A stretch of 64,000 bases of DNA, taken from contig CAXXOA010000001.1 of NCBI GenBank assembly GCA_963666275.2, positions 672,001 through 736,000 of the forward strand. The letters run 5' to 3'. Both the position numbers and the translations under genes were made by a program. The stretch is from Oceanispirochaeta sp. (GTDB lineage: Bacteria > Spirochaetota > Spirochaetia > DSM-2461). The notes under the pieces were generated by a model, which did not search any database, was not told the DNA's origin, and saw only the letters and a list, made by a program, of their open reading frames with translations. Shown one piece after another: positions 49,065 through 58,058 of the stretch (position 1 is its first letter; the number at the start of each line of letters is the position of its first letter).

Positions 49065-50078
49065 TTAAACTTCCTGCCAGTCCCGTCTCTCTTTGAGGCT
49101 TTCAATATAGTCGTTGAAGATGGCCTTATAGTCATCGTAGCTGTCCGAATGAACCAGACGGTTCCGGATTTCCGAAGATCCGGGAAGACCTTTTGTGTAG
49201 GCGCACATCTGCTTTTTCATCTCTTTGACGGCAACTTCAGCGTTCTTGTAGTTCACAGCCAGGGCCAGCTGATGAAAAGCGGTTTCCATTTTTTCATAAG
49301 GCGTCGGGGGAGGGAGGACCTCTCCTGTTTCAAGGAGGGAACGGATCTCTCTGAAAATAAAGGGATTACCAATGGCGCCCCTGGCGATCATCACCCCGTC
49401 AATACCTGTTTCGGTGAGCATTTTTTCCACTGCCTGGGGAGAAAACAGATCTCCTGATCCCAGAACGGGAATATTCCCCATATTTTCTTTCAGTATTTTC
49501 AGATGCTCCCAGGCGGCAGTACCGCCGTAGGCCTGGCTTCTGGTTCTGGCATGCATACAGACCAGTTTTGCCCCGGCTCTGACAGCTTTTTCCGCCACTT
49601 CCAGGTAGTTCAGAGACAGAGCATCCCATCCTGTCCGGATTTTTACAGTCACAGGACAGTCGGAATTGTCTGTCATGGCTCTGACTATTTCAGCTACTTT
49701 GTCGGGTGTCTGCATCAGGGCGGAACCAGCGCCGGATTTTATGATTTTGGGAACAGGGCATCCGCAGTTGAGATCTATCAGGAGCGGTTTGTATCTGTTG
49801 ACCATACTGACGGCTCTGCCTGCTGTGTCGGCATTACCCGCAAAGAGCTGTACAGCATAGACTTTTTCAGCGTCAGCCTGGGCCAGCAGACTCTCTGTTT
49901 TTTCACTGTGTCTTGTAAGGGCTTCGCAGGAAACCATCTCCGTATAGGTCAGGTCGGCTCCCATCTCAACACTCACCGAGCGGAACGCCCGGTCAGTATA
50001 GCCTGCCAGGGGGGCAAGGAAAATATTCCCCCCGGTTTCGGCATTTCCAATTTTTAGAGAATGATAAAGAGATCCCAT
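49065..50078 (-). CDS. dusB: tRNA-dihydrouridine synthase
   Basis: LAPLAGYTD, TEMVS, DLNCGCP, GSALM, VKIRTG, HART, MIARGAIGNP. Confidence 0.93.
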   Translation of the reverse strand: MGSLYHSLKIGNAETGGNIFLAPLAGYTDRAFRSVSVEMGADLTYTEMVSCEALTRHSEKTESLLAQADAEKVYAVQLFAGNADTAGRAVSMVNRYKPLLIDLNCGCPVPKIIKSGAGSALMQTPDKVAEIVRAMTDNSDCPVTVKIRTGWDALSLNYLEVAEKAVRAGAKLVCMHARTRSQAYGGTAAWEHLKILKENMGNIPVLGSGDLFSPQAVEKMLTETGIDGVMIARGAIGNPFIFREIRSLLETGEVLPPPTPYEKMETAFHQLALAVNYKNAEVAVKEMKKQMCAYTKGLPGSSEIRNRLVHSDSYDDYKAIFNDYIESLKERRDWQEV

Positions 50079-50851
50079 TACAGTCCGAAAAGTGTCCTCG
50101 CGTTGTCAAAAAGTGTCTGATAGACTTCTTCTTCCGGTTCTTCCCGCAAAGAGGCAATGAACTGGGCTGTAGAAGGCAGATACATGGGTTTGTTTCTTTT
50201 CCCCCTGTAGGCCGCAGGAACCATAAAAGGACTTTCGCTCTCTATGACAATCCTGTCCAGAGGCAGATAACGCACGGTGTCGTGCAGATTTCTGGCATTT
50301 CTATAGGTTACATTCCCGGCAAAGGAAAAGTACATATTGTCATGCTGGTCCAGAATCTTTCTGGCATATTCCCAGTCTTCTGAATAGCAGTGCAGAACAC
50401 CTCCGCTGGAGGGCATTCTTGTGGAGAGAATCTCCTGTATATCCTTGCCGGCATTCCTGTTATGGATGATAACAGGCTTATTGTTCTGGTCAGCGATCTC
50501 AAGCTGGGCAATAAAAAGTTCCACCTGGGAGCTTTTATCCCCGAATTTCCTGTAGTAGTCCAGGCCTGTTTCTCCCAGTGCCACTACCTTATCCATCTGA
50601 AGACCTTCTGATATCTTCTGTTCCCAGTCGGGGCCGGGATTCTGCACTTCCGAGGGGGAAACCCCAATGGCAAACACCACATTTGATGCGGAAGAGAGAT
50701 TGTTGTACAAATCGTTAAAGTCGTACAGGTTGTTGCAGATACTCATAATGTACGCAACGTTTTCCTGCCGGGCTTCCTGTGTTATAATCAGCTGCTCAAT
50801 AGGATCTTCATGAATCAGACCTATATGGGCGTGAGTATCAAAATACTGCAT
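50078..50851 (-). CDS. tatD: TatD-family nuclease
   Basis: DTHAH, GETGLDY, IHNR, LHCYS, ESESPF. Confidence 0.9.
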   Translation of the reverse strand: MQYFDTHAHIGLIHEDPIEQLIITQEARQENVAYIMSICNNLYDFNDLYNNLSSASNVVFAIGVSPSEVQNPGPDWEQKISEGLQMDKVVALGETGLDYYRKFGDKSSQVELFIAQLEIADQNNKPVIIHNRNAGKDIQEILSTRMPSSGGVLHCYSEDWEYARKILDQHDNMYFSFAGNVTYRNARNLHDTVRYLPLDRIVIESESPFMVPAAYRGKRNKPMYLPSTAQFIASLREEPEEEVYQTLFDNARTLFGL

Positions 50852-51248
50852 GTGGTTACCGCTTTAAAATTTAGGATTAGAAAGATTGTAATAATCTTCT
50901 ACATGTTTATCATAACTAACATGTCAAGTCAATTCTATTCACCGGATCACCATAAGCGGTGAAACAGCTGCGAGTTCGGATCACAACCTTTCTCTTATTA
51001 TTACTTCATTTCACCGGCAAAACAAGATTAATTGATGAAAAGAACAAAAAAGGGGAATACAAACCGGTATTTTTCTATAGTATTTCCCTGTTTATAATTT
51101 GAGAAAATCTTTTTACAGGTGTATAATGAATCTGTTTTTGGAGAGTCTAACCCACCTATTTCGGCATTTCGGCATATTCATCTTGTCTTATCCTTTAGAA
51201 ATAGTGTAGATTGTACGAAAATATAATATTAGAGACCAAGGAGTTTTC

Positions 51249-52280
51249 GTGGCGAGCAGGAAAGGGCGCCGTACCCTCAAAGGTGACAGATCCACTTCCG
51301 GTAAAACAGGTTTTCTGGGAAGGTTTGTCCAATCAGGCCGGCAAAAAATCACCATAATGCTGATTCCTCATTCAGAAAAAAGGGTCTTCAATTTTCAAAT
51401 TTCCCTTTTTGCTCTTTCATTTGTCAGCGTTCTCCTTATCTCACTTGTTGTAACGTTCATATGGCTTACAGCTGATTTTTCAGGCACAAACGATATGCTG
51501 GCTTCCCGGTCCCAGGATCTGGAATACAGTGAAGCCAGTCTGGAAGTACTGCGTAATGAAGTAAGCGAACTCATAAATTCCACAGACAATTTTCAGAATA
51601 CCCTGGCCAGAACCATGGGGACCCTGGGGCTTGAAACTGCCGTAAGGGAGGGAATGGTGAATGAAGGGGGAGACCTCTCCTCTTTTTTCAACGTGGAACA
51701 GTCTGAAAGCGGCTCCATGAGTGAAACCATTGAGCTGCAGAAGCTGAAAACCACTCTGGACAGTTCCATATCCTCACTGGATGAAATCGGACAGATCCTC
51801 AATTCCCAGAAGGAACTTCTTTCGGATATTCCCTCTCTGTGGCCTTTGAAGGGTGTACAGGGCCATGTGACTGCTGTTTTCGGTCCTTCCATTCATCCCT
51901 TTACAGGACAGTGGTATCTGCACAAAGGGCTGGACATCGCCTACGGATACGGCGTTCCGATTGTTGCAACGGCCAATGGTAAGGTCATTGAACGGGATAA
52001 CGATGAAAAAGGGTTCGGAAACTATGTGGTTATCCGCCATAAGTACGGATTCTATACAAAATATGCCCATATGCAGAGAGTTTATGTTTCAGCCGGTCAG
52101 GACATTTCCCAGGGAGATGTCATAGGAACCATGGGAAATACGGGACTGTCGACGGGGCCGCATGTGCACTATGAAGTGCGGATCGGTTCTCAGGTCGTAG
52201 ATCCCACCAAGTATCTCAATATGACTGACAAGAGCGATATATTTACCCGGGTGACACGGAATCTGCAAAAATATAAATAA
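51249..52280 (+). CDS. M23-family metallo-endopeptidase with coiled-coil N-terminus
   Basis: HKGLDI, YAHM, GNTGLSTGPHVHYEV. Confidence 0.93.
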   Translation: MASRKGRRTLKGDRSTSGKTGFLGRFVQSGRQKITIMLIPHSEKRVFNFQISLFALSFVSVLLISLVVTFIWLTADFSGTNDMLASRSQDLEYSEASLEVLRNEVSELINSTDNFQNTLARTMGTLGLETAVREGMVNEGGDLSSFFNVEQSESGSMSETIELQKLKTTLDSSISSLDEIGQILNSQKELLSDIPSLWPLKGVQGHVTAVFGPSIHPFTGQWYLHKGLDIAYGYGVPIVATANGKVIERDNDEKGFGNYVVIRHKYGFYTKYAHMQRVYVSAGQDISQGDVIGTMGNTGLSTGPHVHYEVRIGSQVVDPTKYLNMTDKSDIFTRVTRNLQKYK

Positions 52281-52298
52281 CAAATACAGGTACATCTC

Positions 52299-52715
52299 AT
52301 GAGCGATTATTTAAAAAGCCATTCTTTTATAAACTCCATTATCGGGGAGGGAACCCGTTTTAACGGAGAACTTGTACTGGATGGGCTTTTAAGAATAGAC
52401 GGCGATTTTTCAGGAAGTATTGAAACGACAGGTAAAGTTCTTGTCGGGAAAACCGGAAGAGCCGAATGCAATATCATTGCCGGCACTGTTGTCATCGGCG
52501 GAGCCGTAAGAGGGAATATCTACTCTTCCGGTAAAGTTGTCATTCTTTCTACAGGTATGGTGATCGGGAATATCCAGGCTCCCCGGCTGGTTGTGGAGGA
52601 AGGTGTCCTTCTGCATGGAACCTGCCGGATTATCAGCAGTGATGATTCCACTGAGAAAAAAGCTGTCGCAGCCGGCAGCGGGACCTACTCTGTCGAGTGG
52701 GACAATAAGGGCTGA
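52299..52715 (+). CDS. Bactofilin (polymer-forming cytoskeletal protein)
   Basis: SIIGEGTRFNGEL..LRIDG..G.I, GNIQAPRLVVEEG; follows an M23 gene. Confidence 0.92.
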   Translation: MSDYLKSHSFINSIIGEGTRFNGELVLDGLLRIDGDFSGSIETTGKVLVGKTGRAECNIIAGTVVIGGAVRGNIYSSGKVVILSTGMVIGNIQAPRLVVEEGVLLHGTCRIISSDDSTEKKAVAAGSGTYSVEWDNKG

Positions 52716-52725
52716 CAGGCGTTCT

Positions 52726-53223
52726 ATGGATAAGCTGGGGATAGTAGGCAGCAGTTTTGTTCCCCACCCGGACAAACGGTCCGGAAAAAAGGTTGATAAG
52801 GAAAAAACCAAGGGTGTATCCTTTCGGAAAAGTCTTGACGGGACCCGGGAGGAGCATCAGACTATAGCGGAAAACCTGCATAGCAGTCTGGATGGGACAG
52901 AGACGGCGGAGGAACTCCTCGACGAGGTCTATCAGCTGGGGGAAGCTCTGAAGAAAGACGGCTCCCTGGGGGCTCTGAAGCGCTACAGGGATTCGGTAAA
53001 GCATTTTTATCAGTTTATCGTGTCCAACAGTCTGGAAACCGAAAAAGTGAACGGCCGTCTGAATCCCCGAACCATGTCGCGAAAACAGTACACTCTGATT
53101 TCAGTTGTCAATGAAAAACTGGAAAGACTGGGAGCGGCAGTTCTGAAAAACCAGAAAGATCAGATGGATATCCTGAAAAAGGTGGATGAAATTTACGGGA
53201 TCCTGATAGATCTTCAGCGGTAA
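52726..53223 (+). CDS. YaaR (DUF327)-like protein
   Basis: LLDEVYQLGEALK..LKRYRDSVKHF..VNEKLERL..VDEIYGILIDL. Confidence 0.8.
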   Translation: MDKLGIVGSSFVPHPDKRSGKKVDKEKTKGVSFRKSLDGTREEHQTIAENLHSSLDGTETAEELLDEVYQLGEALKKDGSLGALKRYRDSVKHFYQFIVSNSLETEKVNGRLNPRTMSRKQYTLISVVNEKLERLGAAVLKNQKDQMDILKKVDEIYGILIDLQR

Positions 53224-53276
53224 AAGGTATTGAAAGGTGTTAGAGCACCAGAGTAAAAAACAAGGAGTACATCAGT

Positions 53277-54179
53277 ATGAGTGCTGATAGACATAAAGAG
53301 CATAATAAATCGGGGGGAGGCCCGGTAGATCCGGAAAAGTATCCGGAAGGACTCTATCGTGTAAAAATCCTTCATTCCAGTGAAACGGAAGTCATTACGC
53401 CTCCGGAAGGAGAATCCTTTGAGGCCGGCGAACTTGTCATTATAAAAACACGATACGGAAATGACATGACAAAAGTTCTGGGTCGCATTACCGATCTGTC
53501 TCATGTCAAGAAAGGGGAGATCCGGCAGTTGATCCGCCGTGTTACTGATGAGGATCGGAAAAAAGCCGATTCCCTGCGGGACAAAGAAGAAGATGCCTAC
53601 CGGATCTGCCGGGAGAAAATAGATAAGCATAAACTGGATATGGCTCTGGTTTCCGCCCATTATCTGCTGGATGAACCCAAGGTCATGTTCTTTTTTACGG
53701 CCGAGAACCGGATCGATTTCCGTGAGCTTGTGAAAGATCTTGTGGCCATATTCAAAATGCGGATAGAACTCCGTCAGATCGGTGTCAGGGACGAATCGAG
53801 GGTTCTGGGGGGGCTGGGGGTCTGCGGGAGAGATTACTGCTGTCACGGCCTCACAGATCATCTGAGCCCTGTTTCCATCAAGATGGCTAAAGAGCAGAAC
53901 CTGTCTCTTAATTCCATGAAGATTTCAGGACCCTGCGGCAGGCTCCTGTGCTGCCTCTCTTATGAGTATGACTACTATCAGACAGAAAAAAGAAAACTGC
54001 CTTCCGAAGGCAGCCGGATCCAGTGGGACGGGACGTCCTTCAAGGTGACGGAGGTTAATATATTTTCCAGACGGATAAAACTCTCCGGGGGAGACGGTCG
54101 TCAGTTGGAAATCTCCACGGCTGAGGTGGAATTTGTGAAAGAAACAAAATCATGGAAGATAAATCCTGTAGAAATTTAG
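53277..54179 (+). CDS. PSP1/YaaT (RicT)-domain protein
   Basis: FTAENRIDFRELVKDL, IELRQIGVRDE, CGRDYCC, MAKEQNLSLN..KISGPCGRLLCCL. Confidence 0.92.
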   Translation: MSADRHKEHNKSGGGPVDPEKYPEGLYRVKILHSSETEVITPPEGESFEAGELVIIKTRYGNDMTKVLGRITDLSHVKKGEIRQLIRRVTDEDRKKADSLRDKEEDAYRICREKIDKHKLDMALVSAHYLLDEPKVMFFFTAENRIDFRELVKDLVAIFKMRIELRQIGVRDESRVLGGLGVCGRDYCCHGLTDHLSPVSIKMAKEQNLSLNSMKISGPCGRLLCCLSYEYDYYQTEKRKLPSEGSRIQWDGTSFKVTEVNIFSRRIKLSGGDGRQLEISTAEVEFVKETKSWKINPVEI

Positions 54180-54189
54180 ACTTGTCTTG

Positions 54190-54219
54190 TTGACAGTGTC
54201 TTTGTATGTTTGTTAATAT
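54190..54219 (+). promoter_or_regulatory. Sigma70-like promoter
   Basis: TTGACA-18 bp-TAATAT upstream of the small zinc-ribbon ORF. Confidence 0.55.
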
Positions 54220-54248
54220 CCATCTGCTAATGAAATAAGGAGTCGAAT

Positions 54249-54422
54249 ATGGCAGGAGTTAGTAAGAATGCCCGTATCGGTTCAGGAACACATAAATTTT
54301 TCTGTTCTGACTGTGGAGGCGAAGTAAAAATGCGTTCCATTTTTTCAAACGGACGGATGAAACATCTGTGCGAATGTGAAAAATGTAAACGCCAGGAAAG
54401 AAGACCCAGCGATTTTAAATAA
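54249..54422 (+). CDS. Small basic zinc-ribbon protein (57 aa), not in ORF track
   Basis: MAGVSKNARIGSGTHKFFCSDCGGEVKMRSIFSNGRMKHLCECEKCKRQERRPSDFK; RBS TAAGGAG; two CxxC pairs. Confidence 0.85.
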   Translation: MAGVSKNARIGSGTHKFFCSDCGGEVKMRSIFSNGRMKHLCECEKCKRQERRPSDFK

Positions 54423-54547
54423 TCTCCTGGGATTCTTTTATTTTTTTAAGATACCTTTATAAGGTGTCAGGTAAGTCTTGACACTGCTGAAGGTTATCTG
54501 TTAATTTCATTAAACTTGATTTTGATTATTATCGGGAGGTAACGACA

Positions 54548-54811
54548 GTGCCCAATTCCAATGATGCTGCTAAAAGACATCGTCAGAGTCTGAGAGCCAG
54601 AGCGCATAACCGCTCCATCAGAAGTACTGTCCGAACCAGTATTAAATCTTTTGAAGCGGCTGTAAAAAAACACGATAAAGCCGAAGCCGAAGCATCTTAT
54701 GCTCAGGTTGTGAAACTGATTGATACTGCTGCGGGCAAAGGATTGTATCACAAAAATATGGCAGCCAGAAAGAAGTCCAGGCTTCATAAAGTTCTCGCCG
54801 CAATGGCATAA
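54548..54811 (+). CDS. rpsT: 30S ribosomal protein S20
   Basis: AAKRHRQS..NRS..STVRT, IDTAAGKGLYHKNMAARKKSRL. Confidence 0.96.
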   Translation: MPNSNDAAKRHRQSLRARAHNRSIRSTVRTSIKSFEAAVKKHDKAEAEASYAQVVKLIDTAAGKGLYHKNMAARKKSRLHKVLAAMA

Positions 54812-54845
54812 ACGACGTGAAAATTTCTATCCACAGAGAAGAGAT

Positions 54846-55148
54846 ATGACAGAGAATAAGCTAACTAAGGCTGAGATCATCGAACATATATATGATGAAT
54901 CGGGAATCAGCCGGAAAGATATTCACAGTGTGATCGATTCTTTCTTTGAAGAAGTAAAACAAGCTCTGGAAGATGATAGGGTTGTTGAGCTGAGAGGCTT
55001 CGGGACTTTTGAAATCCGGACAAGAAAAGGCCGCGAAAAGGCACGTAATCCTAAAACAGGAGAAATTGTTCCTGTTGAAAGTCATGGAGTCACCGTTTTC
55101 AGGCCTGGAAAGGAACTGAAAAAGCTGGCATGGCCGCTGAGGAAATAG
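54846..55148 (+). CDS. HU/IHF-family DNA-binding protein (Hbb-like)
   Basis: LTKAEII, VELRGFGTF, RNPKTGE, FRPGKELK. Confidence 0.95.
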   Translation: MTENKLTKAEIIEHIYDESGISRKDIHSVIDSFFEEVKQALEDDRVVELRGFGTFEIRTRKGREKARNPKTGEIVPVESHGVTVFRPGKELKKLAWPLRK

Positions 55149-56800
55149 TTTCAGCAGTCAGGATAGAGGGCCGGAAAGAAGAAGGAAAATTATCCCTTCG
55201 GAATATTTTCCTTACAATTCTTTCGGCTTTTCTTTTTTCCCTGGCTTTTCCGGGATTGTTCAGTGAAAAGGGGATGCCAATAATGGCATTCCTTTTTTTT
55301 ATTCCCCTTGTACAGGTCCTGCGGACCTGCCGCTGGAGAGCAGTAGTTCCCCTGGGAATGATTCATGGATACGTGAGTTATGCCCTCTTCAATTACTGGC
55401 TCGCCGATTTTCATCCCCTCACAATTCTTATTGTTCCTCTTATATACGTTGTTATCTATGCCGTTCTGTTTCCTGTGCTGAAAGCCGGGACATCACTATT
55501 TCCCCGCTGGGGTTTTCTTGTGCTTGCCCTGATCTGGACATCCTTTGAATTCCTGAAATCCAAAGGATTCCTGGGCTATCCCTACGGAACGATCGGTTCT
55601 GTTTTTTATCAGTGGCCTTTGATGGTTCGTGTCACGTCCCTGACGGGAATCTGGGGGCTTTCCTTCTTTATCATATTGACTGGTGCCTGGCTGGGCTATG
55701 TTCTGAATCTGAAATCTCTCTGCCGTTCTCTGGGAAACTGGATCTTCTTTCAGCGTGCCGGGCTGGCCATTGGGGGATTGGCTTTTATTCTTATCTGTTA
55801 CGGCTGGTTTTCGAAGGTTGATCTAGAGGAATCCCCCGGATATACAATTGCACTGACCCAGCATAATGCGGATTCCTGGAAGGGAGGATACGAAGCCTTC
55901 CGGGATAATTTCTACAAACTGAGAGATTTGAGTCTCCAGTCCCGGACAGAGGGGAATCCTGAACTGATAGTCTGGCCCGAAACGGCCTTTGTTCCCACTA
56001 TTCATTATCATAAAACCTACAAAACCAACAGACGGTCTCTCTCTCTTGTGGAGGAACTGGAAGAGTTTCTGGCTACCCAGGATATTCCCTATCTTCTGGG
56101 GAATGATGATGCCAGAAAAGAGCCTGTGGGAGAAGACGGCGCATGGGAGAGGGTGGATTACAATGCCGCTGTTCTCTATCTGGGCAACCAGTGGAAAGGG
56201 TTGTACCGGAAACGTCAACTGGTTCCTTTTACAGAATATTTCCCCTACACAGAGCAGTTCCCCCGGATCTATCAGTGGCTTCTGGATGCGGATACCCACT
56301 TCTGGAAGAAAGGGGAGGCTTTCAATCTTATAGATACGGGAAAATTCAGGATAGGAACCCCCATCTGTTTTGAAGATACTTTCGGATTTATAAGCCGTGA
56401 GTTTGTCCGTTCCGGCGCAGATCTCATTGTGAATCTGAGTAATGATGCCTGGTCCGGTTCTGTTGTGGCGGAGCGTCAGCACTTTATGCTCAGCGTGTTC
56501 AGGGCCGGTGAAAACCGGAGGACCATGGTAAGAAGTACCAACTCGGGCATTACTGGATGGGTGGATCCCAACGGGGTGATCCGGGAGGAACTGGCGCCTT
56601 TTACAGAGGATGTGCTGATTGCGGATGTTCCCGTTTATACGGCTTCAAATACCCTCTATACGCTCTGGGGCGACTGGTTTGCCTGGATGTGCCTTTCGGC
56701 ATGTTTTATTCTCCTGGTCGGGGCTGTTATCATAAGATTGACAATACGCCTCAGAAGTAGGAGAATAAGGGGTGAGAATAGGGGGAAAAATGATTTCTGA
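55130..56800 (+). CDS. lnt: Apolipoprotein N-acyltransferase
   Basis: TM N-terminus, GYPY, VWPETA, YRKRQLVPFTEY, ICFED, NLSNDAW, RSTNSG. Confidence 0.95.
   Translation: MAAEEIVSAVRIEGRKEEGKLSLRNIFLTILSAFLFSLAFPGLFSEKGMPIMAFLFFIPLVQVLRTCRWRAVVPLGMIHGYVSYALFNYWLADFHPLTILIVPLIYVVIYAVLFPVLKAGTSLFPRWGFLVLALIWTSFEFLKSKGFLGYPYGTIGSVFYQWPLMVRVTSLTGIWGLSFFIILTGAWLGYVLNLKSLCRSLGNWIFFQRAGLAIGGLAFILICYGWFSKVDLEESPGYTIALTQHNADSWKGGYEAFRDNFYKLRDLSLQSRTEGNPELIVWPETAFVPTIHYHKTYKTNRRSLSLVEELEEFLATQDIPYLLGNDDARKEPVGEDGAWERVDYNAAVLYLGNQWKGLYRKRQLVPFTEYFPYTEQFPRIYQWLLDADTHFWKKGEAFNLIDTGKFRIGTPICFEDTFGFISREFVRSGADLIVNLSNDAWSGSVVAERQHFMLSVFRAGENRRTMVRSTNSGITGWVDPNGVIREELAPFTEDVLIADVPVYTASNTLYTLWGDWFAWMCLSACFILLVGAVIIRLTIRLRSRRIRGENRGKNDF
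56738..56766 (+). promoter_or_regulatory. Candidate internal promoter in the lnt 3' end
   Basis: TTGACA-17 bp-GAGAAT. Confidence 0.45.
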
Positions 56801-57011
56801 AGATAAAAGAAAGGTTCTCCAGTTATTTTCTGAAGGAAGAGAACTCTATAAAGAGAGAAGTTTCTCCGATGCCATGAAGAAATTTGCGGAAGCTCTGAAA
56901 GTGGACAGGGAAGACGGACCTTCCAAGGTCTATTATGCCAGATGCCGCATGTACATGGAAAATCCCCCGCCTCCTGAATGGGACGGCGTATTCACAATGA
57001 CAACAAAATAA
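56790..57011 (+). CDS. Small TPR-like protein
   Basis: FSEGRELYKERSFSDAMKKFAEAL..DGPSKVY..RC..PPPEWDGVF..TTK. Confidence 0.8.
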   Translation: MISEDKRKVLQLFSEGRELYKERSFSDAMKKFAEALKVDREDGPSKVYYARCRMYMENPPPPEWDGVFTMTTK

Positions 57012-57026
57012 ATCACAGGTTTAAAA

Positions 57027-57434
57027 ATGACATTACCAAAAGATATCCAATCTATTTCTACAATTCTTGGAAATGAAACTGTATTTAAAGGAACCATGAG
57101 GTTCAATAAGCCCCTTAAAATCGATGGAAAATACGAGGGAAAAATTGAATCCGACGGGTTTCTCTACATTGAAGACGGCGCGGAAGTGCGTGCCGATATA
57201 AAAGTAGCCTCCATCGTAGTCGGAGGTATTGTCTACGGAGACATCGAAGCCTACGAAAAACTTGAAATGCTTGAAACCGGTCAGGTGGTGGGTAACATCA
57301 GGACAGCCAGGCTTAAAATCGCCGATGGTGTCCGCTTTGAAGGCAAATGCGATATGATCAGCGATCACGAAGCGATTGATGTGTTCTCTGCTTCTGTTTC
57401 CCAGCTGAAACAGGATTACAATGAGCCGGGATAA
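57027..57434 (+). CDS. Bactofilin
   Basis: TILGNETVFKG, LKIDG, VVGNIRTARLKIADGVRFEG. Confidence 0.9.
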   Translation: MTLPKDIQSISTILGNETVFKGTMRFNKPLKIDGKYEGKIESDGFLYIEDGAEVRADIKVASIVVGGIVYGDIEAYEKLEMLETGQVVGNIRTARLKIADGVRFEGKCDMISDHEAIDVFSASVSQLKQDYNEPG

Positions 57435-57921
57435 GGCGGAATCTCTTATCCGTCTCTGCAGAGAGAACAATATAACCATGGTGACCGCCGAATCCTGTAC
57501 CGGAGGACTTATCGGCGGGGCCTTGACTGATATTTCCGGAAGTTCCGATGTTTTCTGGGGCGGTTTCATTACCTATGCCAATCAGGCCAAAATGTCCGCT
57601 CTGGGAGTCTCCGGGGAGACTCTCGAGCAGAATGGAGCCGTTTCAGAACCCGTTGTGTCCCAGATGCTTTCGGGGGCCCTTGAAAAAAGCGGGGCCTCTC
57701 TGGCCATGGCGGTTTCCGGTGTTGCCGGGCCGGGCGGGGGGACTCCCGACAAGCCCGTAGGGACAGTCTGGATTGGAGTTTCTCTCAAAGGAGCTGCTCC
57801 GGTGAAGGAAAAATTCCTTTTTTCGGGGAATCGGGAGGAAATTCGGAATAAAACGGTCATAAATGCTCTTGAAATGGCAGAAAAAGTTATTTTAAACAGA
57901 TCCTTACTTGACAGTGAATAG
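57421..57921 (+). CDS. CinA/PncC nicotinamide-nucleotide amidase
   Basis: TAESCTGG, GAVS, SGVAGPGGGT..KPVGTV. Confidence 0.92.
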   Translation: MSRDKAESLIRLCRENNITMVTAESCTGGLIGGALTDISGSSDVFWGGFITYANQAKMSALGVSGETLEQNGAVSEPVVSQMLSGALEKSGASLAMAVSGVAGPGGGTPDKPVGTVWIGVSLKGAAPVKEKFLFSGNREEIRNKTVINALEMAEKVILNRSLLDSE

Positions 57922-57936
57922 ACCGCATCATATATT
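57908..57936 (+). promoter_or_regulatory. Candidate rho promoter
   Basis: TTGACA-17 bp-TATATT, about 120 nt upstream of the rho ATG. Confidence 0.6.
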
Positions 57937-58058
57937 GACCTTGTAGTATCCCCCAGATAGCTAATCTGATTCTTCATTTCACGAATTCATACAATTTGTA
58001 AACGTTTTGAAGAGTTTTATATAGAAATTAAATCAAATTATATTTTATTGGAGAAATT

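Noticed and set aside
50852..51248. ncRNA in the long tatD/M23 intergenic region
   Set aside because: No recognisable RNA family motif; explained by divergent promoters
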